From: an uncultured Acidobacteriota bacterium
GTDB lineage: Bacteria; Acidobacteriota; Blastocatellia; RBC074
DNA: 64,000 nucleotides
Direction of reading: 5' to 3'
Assembly (NCBI GenBank): GCA_963794955.1
Contig: CAWCGF010000003.1
Location: forward strand, 262,350 to 326,349
Both the position numbers and the translations under genes were made by a program. Positions 10,632 to 22,228 of this stretch are shown here, piece after piece. Numbering within the stretch: the first letter of the stretch is position 1; each line of letters begins with the position of its first letter. Below the pieces are notes generated by a model that saw only the letters and a list, made by a program, of their open reading frames with translations, made no database searches and was not told the origin of the DNA.

Positions 10632-10661
10632 TTGACACTCCTAAAATAGCTGTGTTACATC
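10632..10661 (+). promoter_or_regulatory. Candidate sigma70 promoter for the anti-sigma operon
   Basis: TTGACA (10632) - 18 nt - TACATC preceded by an extended -10 TG. Confidence 0.4.
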
Positions 10662-10731
10662 CGAAACTGTTGAGAGCAATTGAACTCAACTAATCTTAAA
10701 GTAAGCTTACCGACAAAGGAACAGCCCGCTT

Positions 10732-11199
10732 ATGATGCAGGCCGAAAAAGTGGTCGCAATAACCATCGCCAGCACACTTGAGTTGATTGACATCATCACG
10801 CTCACCGCCGATCACTTCGCCAAGCTTTCGGGCTTTGACGAAGAAGAACTCTATCGCATCAATCTGGCCGTGCGCGAATCGGTGGCCAATGCCATCGAAC
10901 ATGGCAATAAATATAATGCTGAGAAAAACGTCGAAGTGCGCTTTCGCCTAACCGATGCGCTGCTCAGTGTTTCCATTCGCGATCACGGCGCGGGCTTTGA
11001 TCCTGCGGCTTTACCTGACCCGCTTGATCCAGAAAACCTGCTCAATCCGGCGGGACGCGGCATTTTGTACATGCGGTCGTTTATGGATGAAGTGGATTTG
11101 ATCCGCCATCCTGAAGGCGGGATGCAAATCACGATGGTCAAAAATCGCCCCGCGTCAGCCTCACCGCCACCTGCTCCGCCAGCGGGCAAGGGAACTTAA
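10732..11199 (+). CDS. RsbW/SpoIIAB-like anti-sigma factor kinase (HATPase_c)
   Basis: [39 protein letters not shown]. Confidence 0.9.
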   Translation: MMQAEKVVAITIASTLELIDIITLTADHFAKLSGFDEEELYRINLAVRESVANAIEHGNKYNAEKNVEVRFRLTDALLSVSIRDHGAGFDPAALPDPLDPENLLNPAGRGILYMRSFMDEVDLIRHPEGGMQITMVKNRPASASPPPAPPAGKGT

Positions 11200-11200
11200 A

Positions 11201-11575
11201 ATGCAGTTGGACATTCGTGAACGCAAACTGGGCCAGATTATCATCCTTGACCTGACAGGGAAAATCACGATTGGGGACGGCAGCAATAAACTGCGCGATG
11301 AAGTCAATCGCCTGCTCGAAGCGGGCGAACGCGAAATCATCCTCAATTTTGAAAGCACGACCTATTTGGACAGCTCTGGTATCGGCGAACTCATTTCCCG
11401 CCATACCACCACGAAAAACCAGGGCGGCCATCTCAAACTGCTCAAACTGCCCAAGAAAATCCGTGACCTGCTGCTCGTGACCAAATTGCTCGGCGTGTTC
11501 GAGACGTTTGAGAATGAGCAGGACGCTGTGCTGAGTTTTGGGATTCTAGGCGTCGTGCCATCACGAAATGATTAA
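11201..11575 (+). CDS. STAS-domain anti-anti-sigma factor (RsbV/SpoIIAA-like)
   Basis: [22 protein letters not shown] (phospho-Ser motif), [21 protein letters not shown]. Confidence 0.9.
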   Translation: MQLDIRERKLGQIIILDLTGKITIGDGSNKLRDEVNRLLEAGEREIILNFESTTYLDSSGIGELISRHTTTKNQGGHLKLLKLPKKIRDLLLVTKLLGVFETFENEQDAVLSFGILGVVPSRND

Positions 11576-12287
11576 CTGGCACGCCCTGCTGCTCATTTAT
11601 CCACGCCTTGAAGTTCGCTTGCCGGGTGGTTGGTTCCGGCGACGCCTTTTTAATCACCAACTTTCTGAAGCTGAAATACAGGACGCGCTGCGTTCCTTCG
11701 CTTGCTTCCCCCTCTTGGCGCAGGAATGTTCGCTAGGGGAGATCACGCTCAGTGCTACGGTGCAGCGGATCGCGCGCCCCCTGGATTCATTGACCACGAT
11801 GGGCGCGGGAATTTATTGGCCTTCGCCCAGCGACACGAAGCCGGAGCTGGATGAACTGCTCCTGCCGGGAACGTTTGATTCCGTTTTTGTGTTGTGGCCG
11901 CAACAGAATCTCCAAACCGGTGAACTAATTCCTTCCGGCGGTTGGGGCTTAGGGCTGGGTGCCAGCGATTGGTCAAAGGGAGCCACGTACGCGACAGTTG
12001 CCAATACGCGCACAGAGGTTTGGGAGCGACCTGTGATAGGCGAAGTCTGGTTGCATGAATGGTTGCACGGCGTGTGTCACCACTTTGCCCAGCAAGGTTT
12101 CGTGATGCCGGACGGCGATGCCGATGGCGGCGGACGTCACGGCTATGTGCAATCGGACACGACGGGTTGGCTGGCATATTACCGCGATCTGATGAGCGGC
12201 AAGGTGCTTTCAGGCGGAGTGGAAACCGGAATTCCAATCGAAGCCTGGCGGCTCGCTTCAATTCCCCGCAAGCTCAACCTTGCTTAA
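11568..12287 (+). CDS. Hypothetical zincin-like protein (HExxH)
   Basis: [13 protein letters not shown] motif; start overlaps the STAS gene stop by 8 nt. Confidence 0.65.
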   Translation: MINWHALLLIYPRLEVRLPGGWFRRRLFNHQLSEAEIQDALRSFACFPLLAQECSLGEITLSATVQRIARPLDSLTTMGAGIYWPSPSDTKPELDELLLPGTFDSVFVLWPQQNLQTGELIPSGGWGLGLGASDWSKGATYATVANTRTEVWERPVIGEVWLHEWLHGVCHHFAQQGFVMPDGDADGGGRHGYVQSDTTGWLAYYRDLMSGKVLSGGVETGIPIEAWRLASIPRKLNLA

Positions 12288-13348
12288 TTTGGTTCCGCGA
12301 TTTCGGAAACAGTTTTGGAACGCGGGCTTTCGTTGCCCGCATTGTCTACGGCAGCAATTTGATAAAAATAGCGTTTGCCAATTTGCACTTGCCGGTCGCT
12401 GAAGGTAATGGTCGTGAGCGGGCGTGGGGTGATTTTACTCCAGGTTTTCTCGTCATCAGAACGGTAGAGGTGATAGCCAATCACATCCGGCTCAGGATTT
12501 GCGGGCCAGAACAGGCTGATCAAACCACCACGAGACGCGATGGTGATAGATGTCGGCGCTGTCGGCGGGAACGTATCTTTCGGTGTTACTGTGAGCGGCA
12601 AGCTTTCATTGCTTTCAATCATTTCGCTGGCTGGCGCGCCTGGGCGCGGCAGGGAAAGCGCCCGCACGAGATATTCGTAAGTCGCCCCGAATTGAAATTG
12701 CTTTTCGACATAATGCGTTTCCTTGAGCGGTGCTTGATTGACCTTTGTGAGTTCTTTTCCCTCGCGACGATACAGGTTATAGCCGGAAATATTGGCAGGC
12801 GTCGAACCGTTCAAGTTGGCGGCGGGTGGCTGCCAGATAATTTCAACCTGGGTTTGCGTGACCTTGGCATTCAGCCCCAACGGCGGTTCGGCTACGGTGC
12901 TGAGCGGTGTGAGCGACGCGTAATTTGACAAATCCGCAGGCCGATCATCCAAATTGATAAGGCGCACTGCATACCGATAGCGCGTCTGGTCATTCGCCAC
13001 TTTGAAGTCAAGCGGGTCAACATAATTGACGATAGAAGTTTGGGTAGGAAGCTGGGCCTCTCCCAGGGACGCGATCAACGCCGCTTGGATTAAATAATCG
13101 TCAGCAGTAAGTCCCTGTGGCGCAGTGTCAGGTTCGATCAGGCGATAGATGTCTACGCGTTTGAGTTTATCAGTGCGCGTTTGTTTGGCGACCGGAAAGC
13201 TGAGCAGAATACTTGTGCCTTGTTGTGTTGCGGCGAGTTCATTGACGATGAGCGGCGCTTTGGGAATCGGCGGCAGCGGATCGCCGACTTTGCCACATGC
13301 GGTGAACAGCAAAAAGCAAACGGCACCCAGTCCAAATCGCCACTTCAC
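12284..13348 (-). CDS. Lipoprotein with fibronectin type III repeats
   Basis: Lipobox FTAC-GKVGDPLPP; repeated W..P, GYNLYR, YEYLVRA, YFYQIAAVDNAGNES. Confidence 0.85.
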   Translation of the reverse strand: MKWRFGLGAVCFLLFTACGKVGDPLPPIPKAPLIVNELAATQQGTSILLSFPVAKQTRTDKLKRVDIYRLIEPDTAPQGLTADDYLIQAALIASLGEAQLPTQTSIVNYVDPLDFKVANDQTRYRYAVRLINLDDRPADLSNYASLTPLSTVAEPPLGLNAKVTQTQVEIIWQPPAANLNGSTPANISGYNLYRREGKELTKVNQAPLKETHYVEKQFQFGATYEYLVRALSLPRPGAPASEMIESNESLPLTVTPKDTFPPTAPTSITIASRGGLISLFWPANPEPDVIGYHLYRSDDEKTWSKITPRPLTTITFSDRQVQIGKRYFYQIAAVDNAGNESPRSKTVSEIAEPN

Positions 13349-13590
13349 AGTTCAGTTTCTCCTTCTGCCGGTGGCGGAAAGATGACGCGGCAATAAATGG
13401 TCGCCAGGTTGATGGTGAGTCCAGCAGATTGAAAGGTTACTTCTTGCTCCGGTTCAGTGAACACCTCGCCTTGCCATACGTCGCCCGCTTTTTCGTGGCG
13501 GTGCGCTTGTTTTTCCTCCCACGCCAAATACTCTTTCGGCCTTAAATAGTCATCTGCACTTGAATAAATCAAGTGTGCTGGCAATCCCAT
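13345..13590 (-). pseudogene. Internally deleted Uma2/DUF820-like gene
   Basis: Uma2-like N-terminus (PKEYLAWEEKQAHRHE) joined directly to a Uma2-like C-terminus (WQGEVF...SAGLTINLATIY); the PD-(D/E)xK core is missing. Confidence 0.6.
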
Positions 13591-13599
13591 AACTAATTC

Positions 13600-14995
13600 T
13601 CACAAAATATACCGGCTCAGGTCTTCGTTCTTCACAATATCGGTGAGCGTGGCATCCACGTATTTGGCATCAATCGTTTGATTTTTCTCCGTCAAATCCG
13701 ATCCCTCAAAAGAAATTTCATCCAGCACTTTTTCGAGGATTGTGTGCAAGCGACGCGCGCCGATGTCTTCAGTGGTTTCATTGACGCGAAACGCGAATTG
13801 GGCGATGGCATCAATGGCCTCCGAGGTGAAATCCAGGTTGATGCCTTCGGTATCCATCAAGGCGCGGTACTGTTTGAGCAACGCGTTTTTCGGTTCCGTC
13901 AGAATGCGCTTGAAGTCTTCGATGGTGAGTGGTTGCAACTCCACGCGAATCGGGAAGCGGCCTTGCAACTCAGGTATCAAATCCGACGGTTTGGCGACGT
14001 GAAAGGCTCCGGCGGCAATGAACAGGATGTGATCAGTGCGCACCATACCGTATTTTGTGTTGACGGTTGTGCCTTCGACAATCGGCAAGATGTCGCGTTG
14101 CACACCTTCGCGCGAAACGTCCGGCCCATGCCCGCCTTCGCGTCCGGCGATTTTGTCAATTTCGTCCAGGAAGATGATGCCGTGTGATTCAACACGCTCC
14201 AGCGCGATGCGGGCGACCGTGTCCATATCCACCAGTTTCGATTCTTCTTCGGCGATCAGGTATTCCATCGCCTCGTCCACGCGCATTTTGCGTTTCTTCG
14301 TGCGACTGCCAAAAACGCCGGGCATCATTTCCTTGATGTTGATGTCCATCTCCTCAATGCCTTGATTGCTGATAATTTCAAACGACGGGAAGCTTTTGTC
14401 ACGTACTTCGAGTTCGACAATGCGCGAGTCGAGCCGACCTTCGCGCAATTGTTGTCGTAGCTTTTCACGCGTCCGGTTTTGGGCTTCGACCATCGCGGAT
14501 TCGCTATCATCAATCTGGTCTATATTGGTTGCCCTGGTGGTTGGCAGCAACAAGTCGAGCAAGGCGTTCTTCGGCGTTTTGCTCCGCCTTATCCGCGATT
14601 TCCTCCGCTTTTTCCTCCCGCACCAGCTCAATCGAAATCTCCACTAAGTCGCGGATCATGGATTCGACATCGCGCCCGACGTAGCCGACTTCCGTGAATT
14701 TGGAGGCTTCGACTTTGAGAAACGGCGAAGAGGAAAGCCGGGCCAGCCGCCGCGCAATTTCCGTTTTCCCGATGCCCGTGGAGCCGATCATAATGATGTT
14801 CTTCGGCATCACATCCTGCGCCATATCCGGCGGGAGTTTTTGCCGCCGAATGCGATTGCGCAGAGCTACTGCGACCGCACGTTTGGCTGCATTTTGACCG
14901 ACGACATGCTTATCAAGTTCGGTGACGATCTGGCGTGGCGTAAGTTCGTCCAGCTTCAAGTCTTCTTCAATTTCGCCTGAAAGGTAAATAACCAT
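13600..14995 (-). CDS. hslU: ATP-dependent protease ATPase subunit HslU (one +1 frameshift near 14563)
   Basis: [48 protein letters not shown]; after the shift [37 protein letters not shown]. Confidence 0.95.
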
Positions 14996-14999
14996 ATTC

Positions 15000-15078
15000 G
15001 ATTGCGGATTGCGGTTTGTGGATTGCGGATTGGGCGGAACTTCTTGCTTCCGCAATCCACAAACCGCAATCCGCAATC
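15000..15078. repeat. 30-bp perfect inverted repeat of ATCCGCA-family heptamers filling the hslV-hslU spacer
   Basis: gattgcggattgcggtttgtggattgcgga (15000-15029) / tccgcaatccacaaaccgcaatccgcaatc (15049-15078). Confidence 0.85.
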
Positions 15079-15080
15079 CC

Positions 15081-15623
15081 TTAGATTTCCTCAATCACTA
15101 AATTCAAATTGCTGTAAATACAAATTTGTCCGGCGATCTGCATGGCTTCTTCGGCAATTTGCCGCGCTGACATGTCTGTGTGTTTGATCAACGCGCGTGA
15201 AGCAGATAAGGCATACGGGCCGCCCGAACCAATCGCCGCAATGCCGTCGTCCGGTTCGATGACATCTCCTGTCCCCGAAATAATTAACGTCGAGGTTCCA
15301 TCCGCGACCAGCAACAGGGCTTCCAGGCTGCGCATCGTTTTATCCGTGCGCCAATCTTTGGCCAATTCGACGGCGGCGCGATTCAGTTGCCCGTGATATT
15401 GCTCCAGCTTCGTCTCGAAACGCTGGAATAGGGCAAAGGCATCGGCAGTTGCGCCCGCAAAGCCCGCAATGACTTTTTCGTTATGGAGTCGCCGCACTTT
15501 GCGGGCGGTAGACTTCATGACGGTATCGCCCATGGTGACCTGCCCATCGCCGGCAATCACGGCTTTGCCATCGCGTCTGACCGCTAAAATTGTTGTGCTG
15601 CGAATCTTGGATTGGGATTTCAT
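15081..15623 (-). CDS. hslV: ATP-dependent protease peptidase subunit HslV
   Basis: RSTTIL (catalytic Thr), [35 protein letters not shown]. Confidence 0.95.
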   Translation of the reverse strand: MKSQSKIRSTTILAVRRDGKAVIAGDGQVTMGDTVMKSTARKVRRLHNEKVIAGFAGATADAFALFQRFETKLEQYHGQLNRAAVELAKDWRTDKTMRSLEALLLVADGTSTLIISGTGDVIEPDDGIAAIGSGGPYALSASRALIKHTDMSARQIAEEAMQIAGQICIYSNLNLVIEEI

Positions 15624-15642
15624 TGGAAAAGGCATACCGCGC

Positions 15643-15672
15643 ACTATAGCGATGCGAATTAAGCCTTGTCAA
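15643..15672 (-). promoter_or_regulatory. sigma70-type promoter of hslVU
   Basis: Minus strand TTGACA (15672-15667) - 18 nt - TATAGT (15648-15643). Confidence 0.65.
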
Positions 15673-15790
15673 GAAAGTGCTTTGCTACGCTCAAAACCAT
15701 TCTTTGACATCATTCCGCGAACACCCTAAACTCAGCGTTTATTTTGCCCCCAGCGACGCGAGCTATTTGCTCGCAGGAGGAACTCAAGTT

Positions 15791-16513
15791 ATGGCACGTC
15801 CTTTAATTGGCATTACTTCGCGCCTTGATCTCGCCGAGCAGACATTTTATTTGCGTCGGTATTATGCCGAAGCGATCACCGCCGCAGGGGGCGATCCGAT
15901 TTATATCCCGCTTATCCCCGACCAAGCGTATTTGCTCTCGTTGGCCGCGCGGTTGGATGGACTGATGCTGTCCGGCAGCAATAGCGACATTGATCCGGTG
16001 CATTACGGCGAAGAGCCGCATTTGTATCTGGGCGCTGTTGTGGAAGAGCGCGACAAGACGGATTTACTTTTGCTGGAAATCGCGGAAGCCCGGAATCTGC
16101 CTGTGTTGGCGATTTGCTACGGCGCGCAGGCGTTAGCCGTTTCGCGGGGCGGGTCATTGATACAGGATTTGCCGGCTGAGCGCTCAGGCATTTTTAAGCA
16201 CGATCAGGGCGCTCCCTACTCGCGGCCTTCGCATAAAATCAAAATCGCGGCGGAATCCATTCTGGCGGGATTGGCGGGTGGCGAGACCGTACGCGTCAAT
16301 TCCAGTCATCATCAGGCGATCCGAGAACCGGGGCGAGATTTACACGTCGTCGCGCGCGCCTTCGATGGTGTAATTGAAGGCATAGAGGATACGCGCCCCA
16401 ATCGTTTTGTGTTGGGCACGCAATGGCATCCCGAATTAGGCTGGGAGACAGCTGATCTATCGAAGGCGATTTTCCAGCGATTCGTCGCAGAAGCCACCCA
16501 GCGCAAGCTATGA
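15791..16513 (+). CDS. Peptidase C26 / gamma-glutamyl-GABA hydrolase-like glutamine amidotransferase
   Basis: [46 protein letters not shown]; AGGAGG RBS. Confidence 0.9.
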   Translation: MARPLIGITSRLDLAEQTFYLRRYYAEAITAAGGDPIYIPLIPDQAYLLSLAARLDGLMLSGSNSDIDPVHYGEEPHLYLGAVVEERDKTDLLLLEIAEARNLPVLAICYGAQALAVSRGGSLIQDLPAERSGIFKHDQGAPYSRPSHKIKIAAESILAGLAGGETVRVNSSHHQAIREPGRDLHVVARAFDGVIEGIEDTRPNRFVLGTQWHPELGWETADLSKAIFQRFVAEATQRKL

Positions 16514-17721
16514 AGTCTGAGAGTAAAACCATCATTATTCTACTGTCGGTGGGGCACTTGGTATTGGATTCCTATTCCAGTTTCCTGGTGCCCATCCTGC
16601 CCTTACTGGCTCTTAAGCTGGGGCTTTCTCCGGCTCAGGCGGGCTGGCTGATTCCGGTGATGATGATTTCTTCGTCCCTGATGCAGCCGGTGTACGGCAT
16701 TATTGCGGATCGCTATTCCAAGCGCGCCTTTACTGTGCTTGGCCCGTTGCTCGCGGCAGTGTTTATTTCCAGCATTGGTTTGGCGACGAGCCTGCCCATG
16801 TTGCTCGCGCTGGTCATTGCTGGCGGCATCGGCATTGGTGCCTTCCACCCGCAAAGCGCGGCTTTGGCACATCGCGCGGTGATGGAATGGAAGCCGGAGC
16901 GGCAAGGCACAGTGATGTCGGTTTTCTCGTCCTCCGGAACAGTCGGCTATGCGCTAGGCCCGCTGATTATTTCAAGCTGCGTCGCGTGGTACGGTCTGGA
17001 GCATAGTTATTACACGATGGGCTTCGGCCTCATCGCGTCGGTGCTGTTATGGCGGTATTGCCCCGTGCTGGAACCGAAACAGCGCGCTGCCGATGCTCCG
17101 CCTTTGAGCCAGTTGCTTAAAGCGGCCTGGGCACCGCTAACCATACTTTATTTCGCCGTTGTGTTGCGTTCGGCAGCTTCCGTCAGTATTCAAAGCTACC
17201 TGCCATTTTGGTTGCAGGAACACGGGCTGGCTTTGCAACAAAGCAGCCTTATCATCACCGGGTTTATTTTTTTCGGCGGCATTGGCGGGTTCTTTGGCGG
17301 AGCGCTGGCAGATCGCTTTGGGGCGCGTCGGGTTTCGATGGTTTCAGTGCTTATTGCCGCGCCCGTTTTGCTGGCCGGCTTCTTTGCTTCGGGCTGGCTG
17401 AGTTATACGCTGATTATGTTTGGTGGACTGTGCCTGAACCTGCCCTTACCGATTTCCGTGGTGATGGCACAGCGGCTCGTACCCGGCGGCGCGAGCACCG
17501 TTTCCGCTTTGGTGATGGGCTTTGCCTGGGGCTTAGGTGCCCTGATGACGCCGATTACGGGTATGCTCAGTGAACCATTAGGTCTGACCAAGGCATTATT
17601 GCTCGTCGCTCTTTGGCCGCTCGCCTCTGCCGTTTTGTTCTGGCGCTTTCCGAAGGATGAAGTCGTGGCGCGACAAGCCGTTGAAGCCGCTCCTCAAGAA
17701 GCCTTTGCTTCCGGCGATTGA
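16510..17721 (+). CDS. MFS transporter (Fsr-like)
   Basis: About 12 hydrophobic segments; [21 protein letters not shown] motifs. Confidence 0.88.
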   Translation: MKSESKTIIILLSVGHLVLDSYSSFLVPILPLLALKLGLSPAQAGWLIPVMMISSSLMQPVYGIIADRYSKRAFTVLGPLLAAVFISSIGLATSLPMLLALVIAGGIGIGAFHPQSAALAHRAVMEWKPERQGTVMSVFSSSGTVGYALGPLIISSCVAWYGLEHSYYTMGFGLIASVLLWRYCPVLEPKQRAADAPPLSQLLKAAWAPLTILYFAVVLRSAASVSIQSYLPFWLQEHGLALQQSSLIITGFIFFGGIGGFFGGALADRFGARRVSMVSVLIAAPVLLAGFFASGWLSYTLIMFGGLCLNLPLPISVVMAQRLVPGGASTVSALVMGFAWGLGALMTPITGMLSEPLGLTKALLLVALWPLASAVLFWRFPKDEVVARQAVEAAPQEAFASGD

Positions 17722-17759
17722 TTCTTTTCAAATTTCAACTTTTAAATCTCAGATTCCCT

Positions 17760-18947
17760 ATGGCATTTTGGAACCGTAAAAAAAGCAGTGATTTTATTTC
17801 TCTTAACCTCAGTGGCCCTCCCGATCCTGAATCGGAGCCGCAACCTGAACCCAAACCCGCGCCGCCTCCCGCGCCAGTCGTAGCCGCGCCCAACCCTGTT
17901 CCCACCGAAGCGACCAAGCCAGAGCCGATTGTTCCCGCGCCTGTACCTGCGCCTCCCGTGGTTATTGCTCCCGCTCTCTCTGCCCCTGAGCCGGTGAGCG
18001 AAGAGGAAGAGCGAAAAGGCTTTTTAGCGCGCTTCAAGACTGCCGTCGCCAAGACGCGCGAGAACCTGACCGAGCGCATCGAAGACGTCTTCAAAGGCAA
18101 AAAGCAAATTGATGCCGACACGCTGGATCAACTGGAAGAGATTTTGATTGGCGCTGACATCGGCGTACAAACCACGATGACTATCATCGCCGACGTACGC
18201 AAACAGGTGGATCGCCAAACGCTCAAAGAAGTAGACGAACTGAAACGTGTCATCAAACAGCACCTGGTTGATATTTTAGAGAAGGCGACGAGATCGAACG
18301 GTATCGCTTCTGAAACCGCGATTCCCGCCGACGTGCAGCCGTACGTGATGATGGTCGTCGGCGTCAATGGCGTCGGCAAAACCACGACGATTGGCAAACT
18401 CGCGCAACGCATCAAAGCCGAGGGCAACGACGTAATGATTTGCGCCGCCGATACCTTCCGCGCCGCTGCTTCTGATCAACTAGCGATTTGGGCGGATCGT
18501 GCGGGAGTCCCCTTGATCCAGCAAAAGCAGGGCACTGATCCGGCGGCAGTGTTGTTTGATTCGCTCAAAGCCGCCAAGGCGCGCAACGCCGACGTCTTAA
18601 TCGTAGACACTGCGGGACGCCTGCACAACAAACAAAACCTGATGGCCGAACTGGAGAAGATGAAACGCGTCGCCCAAAAAGAAGTCCCGCACGCGCCGCA
18701 CGAAGTCTTGCTGGTCGTGGACGCCGTCACCGGGCAAAACGGCTTGAGCCAGGCGCGCGAGTTTATGAAAGCTGCGCCTGTGACTGGCTTGGTGCTGACG
18801 AAGCTTGACGGCACCGCAAAAGGCGGCATTGCCGTGGCGATTGCCAAAGAATTGAATTTACCGATTCGCTATTGTGGCATTGGCGAGAAGGCAGAGGATT
18901 TGATCGTGTTCGATGCGCAGGCGTATGTGGATGGGTTGTTTGAGTGA
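17760..18947 (+). CDS. ftsY: SRP receptor FtsY with Pro-rich N-terminal extension
   Basis: [37 protein letters not shown]. Confidence 0.96.
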   Translation: MAFWNRKKSSDFISLNLSGPPDPESEPQPEPKPAPPPAPVVAAPNPVPTEATKPEPIVPAPVPAPPVVIAPALSAPEPVSEEEERKGFLARFKTAVAKTRENLTERIEDVFKGKKQIDADTLDQLEEILIGADIGVQTTMTIIADVRKQVDRQTLKEVDELKRVIKQHLVDILEKATRSNGIASETAIPADVQPYVMMVVGVNGVGKTTTIGKLAQRIKAEGNDVMICAADTFRAAASDQLAIWADRAGVPLIQQKQGTDPAAVLFDSLKAAKARNADVLIVDTAGRLHNKQNLMAELEKMKRVAQKEVPHAPHEVLLVVDAVTGQNGLSQAREFMKAAPVTGLVLTKLDGTAKGGIAVAIAKELNLPIRYCGIGEKAEDLIVFDAQAYVDGLFE

Positions 18948-18981
18948 TACTATAGAATCGTGTGAGGTAGAAAGGTTTGCC

Positions 18982-19227
18982 ATGACAGTACAAGAAATTA
19001 TCACTGCAATTCCGCGCCTGAGCTATAGAGAGCAGATTTCAGTTTTAGAAGTAATTACCAACTCACTGAAAGCGGAAGCGCGTCCGTTGACAGAGACTCG
19101 CCCATATCGAGGGGCTTCTGTGGCGGAAGTCCGAGGGATTATCAAATTCCCCAACGGTCATATTCCTGACGACAAAGAAATTGACGAATTGCGATTGCAG
19201 GCGCTCACCGAAAAATATCTGTCATGA
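18982..19227 (+). CDS. Putative antitoxin (81 aa) of a PIN toxin-antitoxin pair
   Basis: Small protein whose stop overlaps the PIN gene start (ATGA); ends ...LTEKYLS; near-palindrome gatactatagaatc (18946-18959) over a TAGAAT -10. Confidence 0.65.
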   Translation: MTVQEIITAIPRLSYREQISVLEVITNSLKAEARPLTETRPYRGASVAEVRGIIKFPNGHIPDDKEIDELRLQALTEKYLS

Positions 19228-19634
19228 AAGCGTTGCTTGATACCAATGTTGTGCTTGATCTTTTTCTCAATCGCCAACCGTTTGTGAACGACGCGGCGAC
19301 GATTTGGCAGGCAAACGCCAATCGGCAGATTGAGGTGTTTGTTACATCTGTTACTTTGCCAACGATTTACTATATTACGCGCAAGGTTGCTGATCACGCC
19401 GCCGCGCGCCACGCGGTTCAATTATTGCTTGCCTCAGTAGGAATTGTTGGCGTTAATTATGGGGTGTTGGCGAACGCCGAAATCTTGCCTTTGAAGGATT
19501 ATGAGGATGCTATTCAAGTTGCAGCGGCACAAGCCCAGCAATTGGACGCGATTGTTACGCGCGATCTAAGCGATTACCAAAATTCACCGCTGCAAGTTTA
19601 TTCCCCGGCAGATTTTATTGCTCTCATCCGCTAA
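19224..19634 (+). CDS. PIN-domain (VapC-like) toxin
   Basis: [25 protein letters not shown] acidic PIN motifs. Confidence 0.9.
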   Translation: MKALLDTNVVLDLFLNRQPFVNDAATIWQANANRQIEVFVTSVTLPTIYYITRKVADHAAARHAVQLLLASVGIVGVNYGVLANAEILPLKDYEDAIQVAAAQAQQLDAIVTRDLSDYQNSPLQVYSPADFIALIR

Positions 19635-19642
19635 GCCAATCA

Positions 19643-20794
19643 ATGACCGATCTCGAATTCATCCAACAAACTCTCCAACTCGCTGCCCAGGGCAAAGGTC
19701 TCGTCAGCCCCAACCCGCTCGTTGGTTCGCTGGTGGTCAAGGATGGGCGCGTTGTGGGGCAGGGCTTTCATCGTTATGCGGAACTCAAACACGCAGAAGT
19801 GTGGGCGCTCGAAGAGGCGGGTGCGAAGGCGAATGGCGCGACGATTTATGTGAATCTCGAACCTTGCTCGCACACGGGCAATGGCAAGCGCACCGCGCCT
19901 TGCGTCGAAGCGATTATTAAGGCCGGCATTCGGCGCGTGGTCGCTTCGATGGTAGACCCGAATCCAAAAGTGAATGGACGTGGCTTTGAACTGTTGCGCG
20001 CGGCGGGGATTCAGGTGGCGACGGGATTACTGGAACGCGAGGCGCAACGGCTCAATGAAAAATACGCGAAAATGGTCAAGACGGGTTTGCCTTTTGTGCA
20101 TTTGAAAACGGCGAGTTCGTTGGATGGCCGCATTGCTACGCGGTCGGGGGACTCGAAGTGGATCACGGGCGAACAGGCGCGCACGGCTTCGCAGGCGTTG
20201 CGGCACGAGTACGATGCGATTTTAGTGGGCATCAATACGGCGCTCAATGATGATCCGTTGCTGACAGATCGCACGGGCTTGCCGCGTAATCGTCCGCTGA
20301 TACGTGTCGTGCTGGATGCGGGGCTGCGGCTCTCGCCTAAGTCGCAATTGGTGCAAACGGCGCGGAACTTTCCCTTGCTCGTGTTTGCTGCGCCGCACGA
20401 CATTCTCGATAGCATGGGCTTTCCGATTTATACCGAATGGGGCAACACGCAGGAAGAGCGGAAAAAGGTTTTGCAGGACTTGGGCGTGAAAATTGTCCAA
20501 ATTCCCGTAGATGGTGCGCAGCTCAAATTGCCACACGTGCTAAGCGAACTGGGGCGGTTGGTCGTCACCAGCGTGTTAGTGGAAGGGGGCGCGGAAATTG
20601 CCGGTTCCTTTGTCGAGGCGCGCCTGGTGGACAAGCTAACGTTTTTTCTCGCGCCCAAGATCATTGGCGGTCGTGAAGCGAAATCTGCGATTGCCGGGGA
20701 CGGAATCGAAAATATCAACGATGCGCTGAACCTGCGTGATTTGAAGCTCGTTCCGCGTGGGTCGGATTTGGAAATCACCGGCTATCCAGCTTGA
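19643..20794 (+). CDS. ribD: Bifunctional riboflavin biosynthesis deaminase/reductase
   Basis: SPNPLVG, HAE, LEPCSH...PC, ASSLDG, SKWIT, VLVEGG. Confidence 0.95.
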   Translation: MTDLEFIQQTLQLAAQGKGLVSPNPLVGSLVVKDGRVVGQGFHRYAELKHAEVWALEEAGAKANGATIYVNLEPCSHTGNGKRTAPCVEAIIKAGIRRVVASMVDPNPKVNGRGFELLRAAGIQVATGLLEREAQRLNEKYAKMVKTGLPFVHLKTASSLDGRIATRSGDSKWITGEQARTASQALRHEYDAILVGINTALNDDPLLTDRTGLPRNRPLIRVVLDAGLRLSPKSQLVQTARNFPLLVFAAPHDILDSMGFPIYTEWGNTQEERKKVLQDLGVKIVQIPVDGAQLKLPHVLSELGRLVVTSVLVEGGAEIAGSFVEARLVDKLTFFLAPKIIGGREAKSAIAGDGIENINDALNLRDLKLVPRGSDLEITGYPA

Positions 20795-20815
20795 AAAACT
20801 GCTGACGCCCCAACT

Positions 20816-21619
20816 ATGCGTGCCAAAAAAAGCCTCGGACAAAACTTTCTTGTCGGCTCACACTATCCTAACCGCATCGTGGCCGCAGTCGCGCCACAAC
20901 CCAACGAAACCATCATCGAAATTGGGCCAGGACATGGCGCGTTGACGGAATTGTTGGTTGCGACGGAAGCCAATATCGTCGCGATTGAACTCGACAGCGA
21001 TTTGCTTCCCGAATTGGCCGCAGGTTTTGCCGCCGCCGCCAATTTTCGGCTGGTGGCTGCTGACGCACTGGAAGTCCATTTCTGCGAACTGCTCCAGCCT
21101 GGGACGACTGCGCGTGTCGTCGCTAACTTGCCGTATTACATTTCGACGCCGGTTTTGCAGCGATTGATTGAGCAACGCGCTTGCATTCGTGAGATGACGT
21201 TGATGTTGCAACGCGAAGTTGTGGAGCGGATTCTGGCGAAACCGGGTGGGAAAGAGTACGGCTATTTTTCGGCGTTCGTGCAATTTTACTGCGAAGCGCA
21301 GAAGTTGTTTGATGTGCCGCCGGGCGCATTTCGCCCGATCCCGAAAGTGCATTCGAGCATCGTGCGCTTGCGAATGCGCGCTACGCCTGCGGCCAAAGTG
21401 TCCGATGAGGCTTTCTTTATCGAACTGCTCAAGGCATTATTTGCGCAACGACGCAAAACGATTTGGAATAATTTACGCGCTGCCAAAGGACGATTCAATT
21501 GGCAAGATGAGCAGCTTAGGTCGGCGCTCGGAGCCGCAAACATTGATTCGCAACGACGCGCGGAAACGCTTTCGCTGGAAGAAACGGCAAGCTTGGCTGA
21601 TTGCTTGGGGGTTACTTGA
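20816..21619 (+). CDS. rsmA: 16S rRNA dimethyladenosine transferase
   Basis: [49 protein letters not shown]. Confidence 0.95.
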   Translation: MRAKKSLGQNFLVGSHYPNRIVAAVAPQPNETIIEIGPGHGALTELLVATEANIVAIELDSDLLPELAAGFAAAANFRLVAADALEVHFCELLQPGTTARVVANLPYYISTPVLQRLIEQRACIREMTLMLQREVVERILAKPGGKEYGYFSAFVQFYCEAQKLFDVPPGAFRPIPKVHSSIVRLRMRATPAAKVSDEAFFIELLKALFAQRRKTIWNNLRAAKGRFNWQDEQLRSALGAANIDSQRRAETLSLEETASLADCLGVT

Positions 21620-21630
21620 AAGGTGAACGC

Positions 21631-21960
21631 TCATTTGGATTTGTTTTCGCTGGCAGCTTTGCCCGTGACATAGCCAACTAGCCCCGTGACAATAGAGGTC
21701 AATAAGCCCAACGCCAGTTTTCCTTCATCGTTCGCCAAGCCTTTGCTGAGAATGACCCAAGTGCAAAGGCCAACCACGATGAGTAGGATCAGGGCGGTCA
21801 ACTTGTAAACAAGCCATTCTTTCTGGCGTAGGTGCGTGGCACTGGCTTCTTCGATGCGAAGCCGCGCTGATTTTTCGAGTTCGTCTTCGGCAGTAGCGAG
21901 AGAAAGCTTAACATTTTGCTTGTTGGCAAGCTCATTCAAGTTGAAATTTTCGTGAGACAT
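21631..21960 (-). CDS. Small hypothetical protein with two C-terminal TM helices
   Basis: Charged helical N-terminus, then LTALILLIVVGLCTWVIL and LALGLLTSIVTGLVGYVTG. Confidence 0.7.
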   Translation of the reverse strand: MSHENFNLNELANKQNVKLSLATAEDELEKSARLRIEEASATHLRQKEWLVYKLTALILLIVVGLCTWVILSKGLANDEGKLALGLLTSIVTGLVGYVTGKAASENKSK

Positions 21961-21979
21961 CAGTTGAGTTATGATTCAA

Positions 21980-22216
21980 CTACAACCCGACAATCTCTGT
22001 AGCAAGCGATTGATCTTTTTCAGCGATCCCAAATTTCTTGCCCTGTCGTTTGGCATCAATTGCTACTTGCATCAGAACAATGCCTTTGCGTAGCACGTCA
22101 CTTTTGGTACCCCCGATGCTGCTGGCAAGACTTTCGAGTAAGGCATTCGCTTCCGGCGAGATGTCGAGACTGAGTCGAATTTTCCCCTTTTCTCCTAAGC
22201 TTGATGGTGAAGACAT
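21980..22216 (-). CDS. Ribbon-helix-helix (CopG-like) DNA-binding protein, 78 aa
   Basis: IRLSLDISPEANALLESLASSIGGTKSDVLRKGI alternating beta-strand plus two helices; AAAGGA RBS before ATG 22216. Confidence 0.75.
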   Translation of the reverse strand: MSSPSSLGEKGKIRLSLDISPEANALLESLASSIGGTKSDVLRKGIVLMQVAIDAKRQGKKFGIAEKDQSLATEIVGL

Positions 22217-22228
22217 ATACATCCTTTC

